Part shown: in pieces, positions 1-13,904 of the stretch
Layout of the letters: the number at the start of each line of letters is the position of its first letter
How positions within the stretch are numbered: the stretch's first letter is position 1
Source: Octopus vulgaris
Lineage: Eukaryota
DNA length: 64,000 bases
Direction: 5' to 3'
Assembly (NCBI GenBank): GCA_951406725.2
Contig: OX597814.1
Span: forward strand, 75,144,001 to 75,208,000
Position numbers and translations under genes: made by a program
Notes under the pieces: model-generated
Databases searched by the model: none
The model's input: only the letters and a program-made list of their open reading frames with translations
What the model was told of the DNA's origin: nothing

Positions 1-1917
1 GTACATCTTATAGAGTTTCTACCTACGCCTCTACTACAGATCAAGCCGGGCCATCTACCTGAAGGGATTTGTGGTTTGCTTGCCTTCCTACTTATGAGGA
101 CTTTGGTTTTAGCTAGGTTGACTCTAAGGTCCTTCGATTCTAATCCTTGTTTCCACACTTGAAACTCTCCTCTAGTTCTGATAGTGACTCAGCAATTAGA
201 GCAAAGTCTTCAGCATAGAGAAGCTCCCAGAGGCATCCTGACTGGAATTCCTCTATTATTGGCCGGAGGACTATGATAAATAGGAGGGTGCTGAGGACTG
301 AACCCTGGTGGACCCCAACCTCTACCTTGAATTCTTCAGTGTACTCGTTGCCAACCCTTACCTTACTTACAGCGTCCCTGTACATGGCTTGCACAGCTCT
401 CACTAACCATTCATCTATCCCTAGTTTCCTCACTGACCACCAGATGAGGGATTGGGGGACCCTGTCAAAGGCTTTCTCCATGTCAACGAAAGTCAGGTAC
501 AGGGGCTTATCTTTGGCTAGGTATTTCTCCTGCAGCTGTCTTACCAGAAATATAGCATCAGTGGTGCTTTTCCCTGTTATGAAGCCAAACTGCATCTCAT
601 CCAAGTTGACTCTCTCCCTAATCAGTTGGGCTATGACCCTCTCCGTAACCTTCATTACCTGATTCAACAGCTTGATACCTCTGTAATTATTTGTATCTAG
701 GGCGTCACCTTTACCTTTGTAGCAGTTGACTATTATGCTGCTACACCAGTCATTGGGTATGACTCCTTCGTGTATCACCTGGTTAACTATATGGGTGACT
801 AGGCTACAACCAGATATTTTGAGCATCTCTGCAGTAATTCCTGATGGGCCTGGGGCTTTCCCTGTCTTCATGCTTCTAATTGCCTTAACTACCAAGGAAC
901 TGTCAACTCAGATAGCTGGTCCCTCTTTTGGGTCGACATTTGGCAGACTCTCTTTATCCCATTCATTTTCTTTATTCAGCAACCTTTCATAGTGGCGCCT
1001 CCAAACCTCTCTCTTTGCATCCTCATTTAGCGCAAGTGAACCATCATCCATGCGAACACATTTCTCTCCTACCACATCACGATTCTCTCTCACACACTGT
1101 CTTGCAACACAAAATACCTCAAGTCTTTGTTCCTCACGGCGCAGAACATTGGCAAATTTTCTTTTATCTGTTTCCCCTCTGGCTAAATAAACCTGCCTCC
1201 TAGCTTCCCTTCTGGCAGTCTGATACACTCCCCTGCTACCACCGCTCTTCCAAGCCTGTTTCTTTTGTCTAATAGTCTTGTCAACAACATTGTTCCACCA
1301 CCACATTATTTTGGGTTGAGAGGGGGCTTTGCACCATCCACAGAGCTGGTCGGTGGCCCTTAGCAGGTTGTCCCGTAGGAACCTCCAGTTGTCTTCTATA
1401 CCATGTGAAGCTATTTCCCCTTCTATTTCGTCAAAGGTTCCGAGTAATACGTCTCTAAATCTCTGTCTGTTAGCAAGATCTTTAAGTCTCCAGAACCTTC
1501 TTCTCCTTGCGGGTCGTTTTCTGGGCATCCATTTAGCACTGATCCTGAAGTCACTAACTACCAGTCAATGTTGTGGGGTTCATTCTTTGCCAGGGAAGGT
1601 TTTGGCACTTAGAAGCAGCCATTTCCCCCTTTTTCTGGTGAGGATGTAGTCAATCTGACTAGTGTGTCTGCCAGATCGGTAGGTGACTAGGTGGCTGGCA
1701 GGTTTTCTGAAGTTAGTATTGCAAACCATAAGATCATTTGCGTCACAGAACTCCAGCAGCCTGGCTCCCTCTTCATTGCAAGAGCCGAAACCGTAGCCTC
1801 CATATATGCCATGGAACCCCCCGACATGTTGTCCAACATGTCCATTGAAGTCACCAGCCACAAAGAGAAGGTTCCTGTCATTCATTAATGCGGTAGTCTG
1901 CAAGAGGGTGTCATAGA

Positions 1918-1921
<4 letters not shown>
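1..1921 (-). mobile_element. RTE-clade LINE copy, 5'-truncated and frameshifted (APE C-terminus + RT); runs off the window start
   Basis: ORF fragments 1580-1920 (VAGDFNGHVG, SQIDYIL), 908-1528 and 140-895 (KAPGPSGI, FVDMEKAFD, GVHQGSVLS, YAED). Highly similar to 33670-35600 on the opposite strand. Its 5' end abuts a (TA)n tract. Confidence 0.95.
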
Positions 1922-1985
<64 letters not shown>

Positions 1986-2515
1986 TAACATATAATATAC
2001 ATATAACACATATAATACATATAACATATATATATATATAGAGACAAAATATATATTTATATCATTCAAGCACGGTAGTGGTTGAATATATTAAGTCCAC
2101 CATTTTGTCAATTGCAGCAGCTTCCAAGCTTCACCACTAATTCAGCTCTCAAATGAGTTAATAGTTTTACAGAGGACACCTCTTAAGTTACACTTTGGCA
2201 TAAATAGTTTGGGATTTGGTTCAGTAGAAAAAATGTTACATCAAAATATCTATGACCTCAAGGTGGGCAGTAAGGCAGATATTCATCTTCAATTAACATA
2301 AATTTTTTAATTTTAAATTAGAAATATACTTTTCTTAGACTTAAATGATACAAAAATGCATGAGGAATTTAGAATTGCTAGTTGCATTGAATAAAAATTA
2401 GTAGATAAAGAGTTATAAGGTAAAATGTTATGAAATTTTATGTTAGTAAGAAAGGGAGTAATGCTGAAGCAATAAGAATAAAGAATATATTTCTAAAATG
2501 ACTCTTTACATTCTA

Positions 2516-2620
2516 AGGCGGCAAGCTGGCAGCAATATTAGGGCGCTGGGTGAAATGCTTAACTGTATATCATCTGCCTTTACGTTTTGAGTTCAATTTC
2601 CGCCGAGGTTGACTTTGACA
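2516..2620 (+). mobile_element. SINE family A, 5' part
   Basis: ggcggcaagctggcag...gagttcaatttccgccgaggttgactttg, the same head as 13691-13904. Confidence 0.75.
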
Positions 2621-2730
2621 TGCAGATTATTTGATTAATTTTTGTTCACTAAACACTTTCAAACTTCCGATGCTGGTAGAATGTCACATAGAACAGGTTT
2701 TACTCTTAACGTCTTTGACAAAATTTTGTA

Positions 2731-3047
2731 TTTTAGTCGAAGAAATTGACTCCAGGACTTATTCTATGTAAGCCTAGTAGTCATTCTATTGGTCCCTTGT
2801 GCCAAATCACTAAGTTACGGGGATGTAAACACACCAGCAGCAGTTGTCAAGCAACGGTGGAGTTGGACAATCAGACAAAAAGACACACAAGCACACACAC
2901 ACACATATATATATATACGACTGGCTTCTTTCAGTTTCCATCTACCAAATCTACTCACAAGGCTTGAGCTGGCTCGAGGTACCATGCTGTGAGACTGACC
3001 CTGGAGCCATGTGGTTGGGAAGCAAGCTTCTTACCATAACTGTGCCT
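2731..3047 (-). mobile_element. SINE family B, degenerate copy
   Basis: Similar to 31928-32333 (ttctttcagtttccatctaccaaat, cactaagttacggggatgtaaacacaccagc). Confidence 0.8.
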
Positions 3048-3885
3048 AAATCAAATTTTAATGCCTATACAGACTTAACAGAAGTGCATGTGAATATGGA
3101 TACATATTTGTGAAGAGAACATAAATACTCTTCACAAATATATACATAAGTGAGAGAGGAATGAGTGTGTGTGTGAGAGAGAGAGAGAGGGGGGAGAGGC
3201 AAATAGTATCGATGTTATTTCCTTTAGTACTAACTGATGTCCTTAAGAAAACTAAGCATGTTATAGAGATTCTTTCTTATTTTTCAATGAACAACAGGGG
3301 GGCTGCTTGTGTTTGAGTAGCAGACTATAAATTTGGGTAAAACATTACAATATCTATAGAGCAATAACATTTATATTTTTTGACAAAGTGCAAGGCGAAT
3401 TTTTGTCGAAGTAGTGTACTATAAATTCCAGTATGATGGTAGTTTTCCCTGTTGATTCTGGAGAGATGAAATACCAAATCATGATGGAAAGAGAGCATAA
3501 AATTAAAAAAAAAAATTAGAAATACAGAAGCTTCTTATATAGCTTTGTTTCAGTAATATAAGAGTGGGCAAAAAGCAAGACAAAAACAGTAATGTAACCG
3601 TATATGTGTGTATGTATATTCATGTAAATAAATGTATGTATACACATATACAAAAGTGAACAAAGTGAGTATATTAATATTTCTTTTCACTGAATAGAGT
3701 TATATATTTTCGAAAGGTAAAACAAAACAAAAAATAAAATATAAAGAAAAAGAATCAATCTTCATTCTTAGAAATTTTATTTTTACAATTAAGAAAAAGA
3801 ATCCTTTTATTTTGAATTATAATTTTATTTGTTTTTAGAATTTCACTTTTAAAGACTAGACAATAACATTTCAAACATAACTTAC

Positions 3886-4056
3886 TTGGTCGGTAAAGCA
3901 CGGTCACCATCTCTTCTCTGCATCTCTCTCTGAGGCACAGGATACCATCTGAAGTTTAGTTTCCAGTTAAAGCCACCCCAAGTCATGTCGGAACCAGTAA
4001 TGTACTCAAATGTGTCATCACTAATTACATCAATTATTGGACATACCACAGATTTC
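3886..4056 (-). CDS. GALNT1: Polypeptide N-acetylgalactosaminyltransferase (GALNT1/13-like), internal coding exon, 171 nt
   Basis: Minus strand reads tctcag|G AAA TCT...CCG ACC AA|gtaag. It translates (R)[56 protein letters not shown], nearly identical to the GALNT1/13 catalytic-domain segment. Splice phase matches the preceding exon. Confidence 0.96.
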
Positions 4057-4699
4057 CTGAGAGAAACAACAAAATGAAAAAAAAAATCTTATTACATGGG
4101 ATAAAATAAAATAGAGTGAAAGTTGTAGAGAGGGTAGTAAAGTCTGGGTGATCTCAGCCAGTGATCTTAATTTATTCTAGATATTTTACTTATCTTTCTA
4201 TTTTCCTTGGGGAAAGGAATGAATGCCACAAATCCCATTCCACTACCCTTTTATTATCAATAAAAGTTGAGTATCTGCTGACAGATACCTCCATTGAATG
4301 AAAGAAAAACATTTATCTATTCCAGTAACTGAATAAGCAATGAAAGGATAGATAAATATTTGTCCTTTATCATTTTCACAAGATGACTGAATAGGTAAAA
4401 AAGTCATTAAATTTTGACATTTTTTAATGCTTAAACAGTTACTGAGGGTGTAACCTGTCCCTTGTCTAATGGGCTAAATTTGAGCACACTCATTTAGCTG
4501 TCATTAAAAGTATATATACTGACAATTAGTAATATGAAGTAGATTTATAGAACTGTGGTAAATTTATGAGAAATCCAACATGTTTTCTGTCCCTCTATGA
4601 TACATTATATTTTCAACACTTGACATAAAGCCACCACCTCCACCACATAGTGAAAGCCTTTTCTTTTTGCCTCTGTTCTCTTTCTCTTTGTCTTTCAAG

Positions 4700-4900
4700 T
4701 TACTTGGTAACCTCACTAGTGCTGGTGGTATGTAAAAGTTACCCAGAACACACTGTAAAGTGGTTGGTGCTAGGAAGGGCATCCAGCCATAGTAATCATG
4801 CTAAAGCTGATACTGGAGCTCAGTATAGCCCTGCATCTTGCCACATCTTGTCAAACAGTTCAATTCATGCTAGCATGGAAAATGGATGTTAAATGATGAT
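4700..4900 (+). mobile_element. RTE LINE 3' terminal fragment
   Basis: gtggttggtgctaggaagggcatccagcc...catgctagcatggaaaatggatgttaaatgatgat matches the 3' end at 36775-36919. Confidence 0.75.
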
Positions 4901-7676
4901 CACAACATGTTTATATTCTAATGTTAACATTTGGCTGAAATAATGGTACTGAATTGTATTCCATTCATCTGGGAAGTTACTGAAAAATAATTTTACCTAT
5001 TAGGGGATTTTCCTTGTACCCACATAACATCACAAATAAGCATTAGCCCAATAAACTACAGAGAGCATTGAAGGACAGACATCTTGCAACATCTTGTTGT
5101 TTGAGGTCTTATCAAGCAACTTTCTTCTCATTCTCCTACCACTAACTCATGGTATTTCCCTCATTCCAATAGCTATGCCATCAATCCTCATAATATCAAT
5201 ATACATATGCTATATTGCAACTGCATCACATCAAGTATTTCAATTCTGTGCATGTACATATATTAACTCAATTGCTGACATTTATCAATGGCTTCTGCCA
5301 TTGCTTTGCTGTACCATGTTTTATAATTAATAGAACTGTTAGCTTTTTTGATGACATGGGTATGCTAGTGTTTATACAGAAAAATACCCACGTCTCTTAT
5401 ACAAGAATTGATCAATTGCTTCAATAATCAGTTGTTTCCTCAGTGTAATGACATTTAGTCTCTGAAAACCTAACATACCCAGACAGATCAAATATAAATC
5501 AAGATCAACAAATTAAATTTTACCCTCCCCCCCACATACACATAGAAAGAGATAAATTTTGGAAAAAATTAATAATGATTTGAATAATAAGAAAAAAAAA
5601 TGATTTAACAACAATAACAGACAACATACATAAGCAATTGTATTTTACTGACGAATCTTAATATATGCATTCATGTCACACTAACATTATTATAAAGCTA
5701 TTTTGGTCATCTAAGTCATCTTTTCAAGCTATTTCAGACACAACTATAATCTAACATTGTTATTCAAGTCACAGAAGCAATATAAACAAGCCAGACTGCT
5801 TATCCTACCTTACTTATTATGGATTTGTCTTAACATTGCATTGGCTCTTTCAATTTCATGACAGTAAAATTCTTTCACAGAATGCATCAAAATTTCAGAA
5901 TTAATATCATTCTCTGAGACTTATTACAGATTAACATTTCCATGGAAAACATCAAGAAAGAGACTAGACCACACCAGACCATAATATTTTGCAAATCACT
6001 TCACGTCAATGAATAATATTGCACTCAGAGAATCATATTCTACTAATCTCTTTGAGGACATGATTCAATAAAATAAGCTCTGGTTTAGCCTACTTTTACT
6101 TAATCATGCTTTCTCCTTCCTAATTCTACTGCTCTTTCTCTTGAGCATTTTCCATTTTATTATCACTGTTTGCCACAGCCATTAGGTTTATCACTTAGGG
6201 CTTATCTACAAATAAAATCCTCATCCTTTAATAAACTGAAGCTATTAAATACAATGAATGAGTTAAATATTTCAAGTAAATGTTAAAACATTAATGCTCA
6301 TGGTTCTTTAATCTTATAACATTTATCAAGCAAAAGGACACATTTTATGAGGCAAGAGGCAAAAATAAGCTTCAATGGTGAACTAAATGAGGATTAATGG
6401 ATAATAAAATTCACAAATAATAAACTTCTCTTCAAGGAGATAGTTTGATAAATGATACTCTCCTTCTTGGTGATTCTCCTTCATATAATGTTGCTGTGTC
6501 ATAAAGAAATTTTCTTTGCAATGCTGTGCTTCATGTTCAATCCCACAGCACAGCACTTTGGGCAAGTGCTTATCAAGGCTGCAACCCAACCAAAGGCTTA
6601 TTGTATTGATTTTATATTGCATATGTGAATAATAGCATCATTGGTTCACATATTTTATGAAAGTAAAACAAATACCACAAAACAGTTTATTGGTTTACTT
6701 GCAGCTGGTTACATACTGCCTTGCAATATATACACATGCAAACATATTTCAGACAGCTTTCAGTACAATCTTCATTGCCAAATTTCACTCATGAGGCACT
6801 GGTCAACACAAGGCTAGGGTTGAAATCAAATCTAAACCATGTGGCTACAAAGGGGATTTCTTAACCATGCAGCAAAATTCAGTGCCTGGAAACTATGCTG
6901 AAGCCTGTTGGAATCTGTGTGAATGTGTGTACCTCTACACAGACACTCACACAGAGACATGGGATGAACAGAAAGAAATTTTTGGGTTGTACATAAGTAT
7001 CCAAATATATTTAGTCCTCTCCTAGTTACATCTTGTTGTACCAAGGTGGAATTGTCCCTTCTCCCTTTAAGAGATTGATAAATATCTGACAAAGTATTGG
7101 GGTTGATATAATCTACAAGAATCCTTAAAGGAATGCTCCAGCATTCAGTAACTGAAGCCAATAAATGAATAAAAGTGTATATACATGTGTGTGAATATAT
7201 GTGTATACATGCTTGTATGTACATAAGTATATACATACACATAACAACATCTATTCTATTCTCTATGGTAACTAGGATAAAATATATATTTGAACCTATG
7301 TTGGTGTGAAAACCAGACATTAGAAACCCAGGAGTCACAATGAAGTTTCAGCTTCAAATAAATGAGATAAAATAACTCTTTCATTCTTTTGTGAACTCTG
7401 TATTTTAATCTTATTTAATACTCATGTGCATGAAGACACTAAAGAACTCATGGATGGTTTAAGCATCACACTGTTATATGCTAAAATATTTAAGCAGAAA
7501 AGTGAGTTTCATGCAAAAAAACAAAAAAAACAACAACAATAATTTGGAAGAACAAAAAAAAAACTTACAAGAACAAGGGGAAAAACCCTTTAAAAAATAT
7601 GAATTAAATTAATAACATTGAAGATACAATTAATCACTTCAGATGTGGTTTCCTAGGTAAATGGAGTGGCACTTAC

Positions 7677-7779
7677 CGATCTTTATGAATTTCTGCAATT
7701 AAAGGCTCTAGCCAACCAGGGGAACACTCACAGTGTGCATCAAGGAATGTTAATATACTACCTTTAGCCACAGCAGCAC
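7677..7779 (-). CDS. GALNT1: GALNT1/13-like internal coding exon, 103 nt, with the DxH Mn2+-binding motif
   Basis: tttcag|GT GCT...GAT CG|gtaagt. Translates (G)[33 protein letters not shown](R). Phase 1 in and phase 2 out, consistent with both neighbouring exons. Confidence 0.96.
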
Positions 7780-7832
7780 CTGAAAATAAAATAATCATAT
7801 TATATATATTTATGTGTATAACTGGCACTATG

Positions 7833-8140
7833 TCGATTATGACAAGGGTTCCAGTTGATCCAATTGACAGAAGTGCCTGCTCGTGAAATTAATGTGCAAG
7901 TGGCTGAGCACTCCACAGACATGTGTACCCTTAACATAGTTCTCAGGGATATTCAGCATGACACAGAATGTGACAAGACTGGCCCTTTGAAATACAGATA
8001 CTAATCATTTTTGCCAGCTGATTGGACTGGAGCAACATAAAATAAAGAGTCTTGTTCAAGGACACAACACGCCACCAGGAATTGAACTCATGACCTTATC
8101 ATTGTGAGCTGAATACCCTAACCACTAAGCCATGCTCCTT
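7833..8140 (-). mobile_element. tRNA-derived SINE family C
   Basis: Minus-strand head has A-box TGGCTTAGTGG and B-box GAGTTCAATTCC. The body (ccagtccaatcagctggcaaaaatga) is shared with 52705-52942. Confidence 0.8.
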
Positions 8141-9134
8141 ATATATATGTGTGTGTGTGTGCATGTATACACACACACATAAAGTAAAGGTATCTGAATA
8201 AGGAATATATCTCAACATTTAAATGGACAAAAGTTCTCTAATAAACTTTTAAATAGATCTGATGTTGAAAACTTTTGTGCACTTTGATAATTCCATTGAT
8301 TTCAGTAAATATTAAAGCATTAACCAGAATGTTAATGTGTGAGTGTGTATGTACTTGTCCATTCTCCACAGACCCTTTCTCTCTTCTACCAGCTAAACTA
8401 CTGCCACTTCTTTTGACTAGCTGTTTTGCCCTTCACTATTGTAAGACTTTTACTTGATCTGGGGGTTAGGAAATATTGGCGGAATGCCAGTCGGTGCTAC
8501 ATAAGTTACTGGGTGACCATCTTATGCAGCCGAACAAATTACAGTTTCTACTTGGAAATATGTCCAGGTCTACCCTGTAATGATATTTGTAGTATACTCT
8601 GTAAACATTACATTTCAAAAGCTTCTAGCCTGTAGAGTCCATGTTTCTAAGGTATTAGTTGTAAGTGGAAAAATAAGCAAATTACACAGCCGAACTTTAA
8701 GTTGCTGGCTGATGTGCTATTTGTTCCAAACCACAGACAAGATAAAATCATTACCAGCATAGTTTGTCATCACTATCATCATTGTTTTGACATTTACATT
8801 TCCAAGGTTGTTTGGGCAAGACAGAATTTGTTGAGTCAGATGTCCTCTCTGGTATCAACCCTCACCTGGTTTCATTTACAACTATTACAGGGTATCAAGA
8901 CAAGAAGACAAACTCTCTCCCGCCACACATGTAACAGGAAGTTCTTTCAGTTTTCATCAACCAAATCCACTCACAAAGCCTTGGTTAACCTGAGGCTATT
9001 GTAGAAGGCACATGCCCAATGCACAATGGGACTTAAATTGAAATTATAGGGTTGGGGAGCAAACTTCTCAACTATAGCTCTATATATATATGTGTGTGTG
9101 CAAATTGAAGCTATCAAATACTCTTAAGATTATT

Positions 9135-9520
9135 TCATTCCTTAAATAGTTGCTAGTGCACTAAAGGCCCTGCCAAACAACACACCTCTTTCACTATGAA
9201 AATGTTGTCATTTTTTCCAACAAATGAACACAAGCTTGGCAGCACTGTTAGCATGGTGTGCAAATTGCTTGTGGCATTTTGTCCATCTTTACATTCTGAA
9301 TTCAAATTTCACTGAGGTTGACTTTACCTTTCAATGGTAATGAAATATGTACTGGTTGAACTCTGGGAACAATGTAAACAATTTACTCCCACTCTCCAAA
9401 ATTGCTGGAGAATTTGAAGCTATTATTTTCTCCACCAAATGAAGTCAGTGAGCTGGGAGAATTGTTAGCACGCCAGACAAAACGATTAGTCCATCTTAAT
9501 GTTCTGAGTTCATATTCAAC
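9135..9520 (+). repeat. Local direct duplication, copy 1 (unique flank + two SINE-A pieces)
   Basis: Colinear with 12895-13290, including the non-SINE flank (ttaaatagttgc..gtgc.ctaaagg.cctgccaa). Confidence 0.85.
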
Positions 9521-9584
9521 AAATTACTTTGAATTAAAATATAATTTTAAGGAAATATTAGTGAATTTCTTAAATTAATGTTTT

Positions 9585-9790
9585 CTGTTGTTGCCTCACC
9601 CTAAGTCATTCCTGATCCAGGACAGCTATGATCAAAGACACTGCAATCATGATCCTGATATATTTTACAGACACTATGTGATTAGGACCACATTATCAAA
9701 TGCTCCCCACTTTTTTTAAGATGCCAGGGTGTCCATATGATAGAGATCTGGCTGCTACTTCTAACAGCCAGAATGATTTCATTGGTTCAA
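9585..9790 (-). mobile_element. Short interspersed repeat family D
   Basis: Motifs (gagatctggctgctacttctaacag, tatgatcaaaga) recur at about 14470-14640 and, inverted, at about 20470-20655. Confidence 0.55.
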
Positions 9791-10570
9791 ATGCGCAGTG
9801 TTTGAAGGCATTATTTTAAACAAAGACAGCTATAAAAAATTCTAGTGCCTTATCCCTATAAATGAGACAATAATATGAATAGAAAGGTATTATCATAAAA
9901 ATTATGAGCCAAAAATAAGAGAGAGAGGGAGAAGAGAAAGGAAAGAAAAATGAACTGAATTTGTGGAATTTGGTGAAAAAATTAAGTAGAAATTATTAGA
10001 ACAATCCACAGCAGATTTGATTTGATTTGAATAAAATTATTTAATCTATATTTTCTTTTCTTTACCAAAATGTTTGGAATACAATGCAACAGAAACATCA
10101 GCACATGCCAATGCCACAATTAGTTTACATCATGCCTAGATGAATGTTGCAATGGTACCTACATTTCAATTATATAATCACAAACAAGTAAGACGTATTG
10201 CTTTGATTAATGGCACATTTAAAAATATAGCAATTAGGTCCTAGAACTGTACCAATAAAACACCAATTTGACTACTCACTAATTGTTCATGTCATTTTTT
10301 TTCAGACTGTGTTACAAATTTATGATGAGATTAAAAATGTTGTGTTCCACTGCTTAAGAGAGCAAAGTAGCATATCTCAAGCAATGCATTCAAATAACTG
10401 AATGTTTGATAATAAATAATAGACTGACAAACTGCTATGACTACTTGTCATCTTACATAGTAGTAATCTTTGAGTGGCTTATTTGTCACATATATGTATT
10501 GACAGAAGTTCAACAATGGGAAATCATTTAGGATTATAAAATTCAGGTAATTTCATAAAATAATGTATTA

Positions 10571-12763
10571 TAGAGCAACTTCGGTTCTTGACCATAATTT
10601 GTTCTGTTAGTCTATTCTAAAAACAAATTGTTTGAGATCCGAGTCATTTTTTCCCATTATAATTAATGTAAAAGAGATTAATTCATTTCCAAGCACCAGA
10701 TAAATGCTTATTTACATGCTTATACTATATATTTCAGTATAAAAATATTTATTCAAACTGTAAATAACACACTATTTATTAGAAAGAGAGTGCCCTTTCA
10801 TAGAAACTTCTGGTAACTGTCTTTCAGGGGTCTCTTCCCTTCTCTGTCTCTTTGGCACAGGTAAATCTTTCTCTGGGGTTTCTTTTCTTTCAGTAAAAAC
10901 CTGTCCAATGTTAGCTGTTTTTGCCTGTGTTGTAAAATTTTTCTAAAATGAGACATGACATTGTCATTGAAAAAGGTTTGCTACCACTGTATCAGGGTGA
11001 TATTTTCACAGAAAACTTAGCACATAACCCCATTTATCACAAATTTCTTTGAGTAAAGAACTTGGGACATCCTTCTTTTTTTCAGTCAGTCTTTTGCTGT
11101 TCATTTTGAAGGCGTACAAGCTCTTTGGTGGTAAGCTCAGTATGGTGGTCTTCCACCAGCTCTTCAATATCTTCATTGTTGACATCCAAGCCCATAGTTT
11201 TTCCCTTAGAGACAATATCATCAACAATAGCAATTTCTTCAACAGCAGCAGTATTTGTAACTGTCTCAAACACCTCAAAGTTTTGTTCTGGTACAGTCTG
11301 GCCAAAGTTTCCTACATGATGAATTCATGGTTCTGTAACTCACTTGGTTCCATGCATAATCAATAAGATTAATACAATTCAGGATATTGAAATGATTTTT
11401 CCAAAATTCTCTGATAATTAACTGAGTGTGATTAGTGACTTAAAAACACTTTCGAAACAAGGCTTTCATATAAAGTTTCTTAAAGTTTGCAATGACCTGT
11501 TGGTCCATTGGTTGTGTTAGAGGAGTTGTGTTATATGGCAGGTATTTGACCTGAATAAAATCAAACTCTTCAACTAAGTCATCCTCCAAACTTGGAGGGT
11601 GAGCAGGAGCATTATCTAACACAAGAAAGCATTTTAGTGGCAATTTTTTTTTGCAGATATTTTTTAAGACTGGGCAAAAACTTCATGAATCCACTCAATA
11701 AAAAAAATTGTCTGGTTACCCAAGCCTTCGTATTAGCCCACCACATAACAGGAAATTTACTCTTCATAACAGTGTTTCTTTTGAAAACCTTCGGATTATT
11801 GGAATAGTAAATAAGCAAGGGCTTGACCTTGAAATCACCACTTGTGTTGCTGCATACCAAAAGAGTTTATCTTTCATTGACTTGTGCCCTGGCAAAACTT
11901 TTTCCTCCTTAGTAATATAGGTCCTATTTGGCATGCATTTCCAAAATAATCCTGTTTTATCCCCATTAAACACCTTTTGGGGAGATAACCTCCTTCCTCT
12001 ATCAAGTCACTAAACTTAATCACAAATTTTTCAGCTGCATCCTTGTTTGAACTCGCTGCCTCTCTATGCCTAATTACACTATGTATTTCACTTCTCTTCT
12101 TAAATTTCTCAAACCAGCTTCTACTAGCATTGGATTCAAAAGTATTACTTTCAGCACTTGTACCAGGGATTTTCTTTACTAGATCATTATAAATTTCTAA
12201 TGCTTTCTCACAAATAACTGCTTCATTGATATTGTCACCTGCTGTTTCTCATTTATAAAAATAAGCAATAACTTTTCCATTCCTTTGAGTATCTTTGGTC
12301 TTTGTTAATTAATAACAGTCACTCCTTTTGCAACATCAGCTGCTTTTGTAATTTCCTTATTTTTTAGAATAGTAGATATTGTCGATTTAGGTACACCGTA
12401 CTGCTCAATGAGATCTGACACACGATCGTCATTTTCGTGTTTTGCGATGATTTCTTTCTTCACTTCAATTGTTTTTCCCTCAACCTTTCTTTTTCCTTTA
12501 CCAGTATCACTGCTAGCTTTCTTTGGAGCCATGACTAAGAGCTAATGAAGAGAAGAAAAAGGCACAGTACAATAAAACTGGAAAAGTAAAGCACAACACA
12601 CAAATTTATACAACACGGTGGTCAACTCAGAAATGATTTGGTTTGGCAATGTTGTTCGAGAACCAAAATTTTGTTCGATAACCAAGGCATTTTCATCTCA
12701 AATTTTCTGTTCGAAAACCAATTTGTTCGACATGTGAGACATTTGAGAACTGAGATTGCTTTG
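10571..12763 (-). mobile_element. Tigger/pogo-family DNA transposon, decayed transposase
   Basis: Degenerate TIRs (tagagcaacttcggttcttga vs reverse complement caaagcaatctcagttctcaa) flanked by TA. Minus-strand fragments show a CENP-B-like HTH (KSTISTILKNK), FNGDKTGLFWK, and LVLDNAPAHP...LPYNTTPLTQPMDQQVI (DDE_1). Confidence 0.93.
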
Positions 12764-12894
12764 TATTTCTAAATCAGTATGACAAAAAGCTCTTATGCAG
12801 AGTACAATTCAAATGGTTTTAAATAATATTGAGGAGGAAGAAGAACATAGATAATAAACTTCCTCTGCATCATATAATATTCATAGCAATCATG

Positions 12895-13290
12895 TCATTC
12901 TTTAAATAGTTGCTTGTGCCCTAAAGGTCCTGCCAATTAAAACAACACTCCTCTTTCAGTATGAAGATGTTTTTGTTATTTTCTTCAACAAATAAATGCA
13001 GAGCGCTGGAAGAATTGTTAGCATGGTGGGCAAATTACTTAGTGGCATTTTGTCCATCTCTACATTCAGAGTTTAAGTTTCAATGATGTCGAATTTCACT
13101 TTCAACATCAATGAAACATGTACCAGCTGAACACTGTGAGCAATGTAAACAATTTACCCAAAATTGCTGGCCTTTTGTCAGAATTTGAAGCTATTATTTT
13201 CTCCACCAAATGAAGTCAGTGAGCTGGGAGAATTAATAGCATGCCAGACAAAACGCTTAGTCCATCTTTATGTTCTGGGTTCATATTCCA
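12895..13290 (+). repeat. Local direct duplication, copy 2
   Basis: Colinear with 9135-9520. Confidence 0.85.
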
Positions 13291-13417
13291 CAGAGGTCAA
13301 ATTTGCCTTTCATCCTTTTGGGATCAATAAAATAAATACCAGCCAAGCACTGAGGTTGATGTAATCAACTATATCCTTCCCCCTCAAACTGCTAGCCTAG
13401 TGGTGAAGTTAAAAAGA
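13210..13417 (+). mobile_element. SINE family A with 17-bp TSD
   Basis: attattttctccaccaa occurs at 13193-13209 and 13418-13434. Central gcctttcatccttttgggatcaataaaataa motif. Confidence 0.85.
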
Positions 13418-13690
13418 ATTATTTTCTCCACCAACTTCTGAAGCACTGACATCCATCAATCTTGACTCCAACCACCACTTCCTTCAATCCTATTATACTC
13501 TACAAAAACACAAATCCAATATCTTGCCTTAACTACTGTCATCAACTATCCTCACTGCATGCTCTATACCAGCTTCAACTAAAAAGTGAAGTCTGCAGCT
13601 AATACACAACCTATCTTTTCCACTACATGTGTAACTCAAAGAGATTGTTTTCAATTATATCTTTTAACTTCATTAATATTTATCTGGTTT

Positions 13691-13904
13691 AAGGTAGTGA
13701 CCTGGCAGAATCATTAGCATGGTGGGCAAAATTCTTAGTAACATTTCGTCTGTCTTCACATTCTGAGTTCAAATTATGCCAAGGTCAACTTTGCCTTTCA
13801 TCCTTTCAGGGTTCTTAAAATAAATATTAGTTGAGCACTGGAGTCAATGTAATTGATTCACTCACTTCTCCAAAATTGCTGGCCTTGTGCCAAAATTTGA
13901 AACC
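13691..13904 (+). mobile_element. SINE family A, full-length, with 16-bp TSD
   Basis: TSD aatatttatctggttt at 13675-13690 and 13905-13920. B-box-like gagttcaaatt, conserved gcctttcatcctttcaggg core. Confidence 0.9.

Noticed and set aside
8070-8140. tRNA-like A/B boxes (also near 32300 and 52900)
   Set aside because: No complete cloverleaf; these are SINE heads continuing into repeat bodies.
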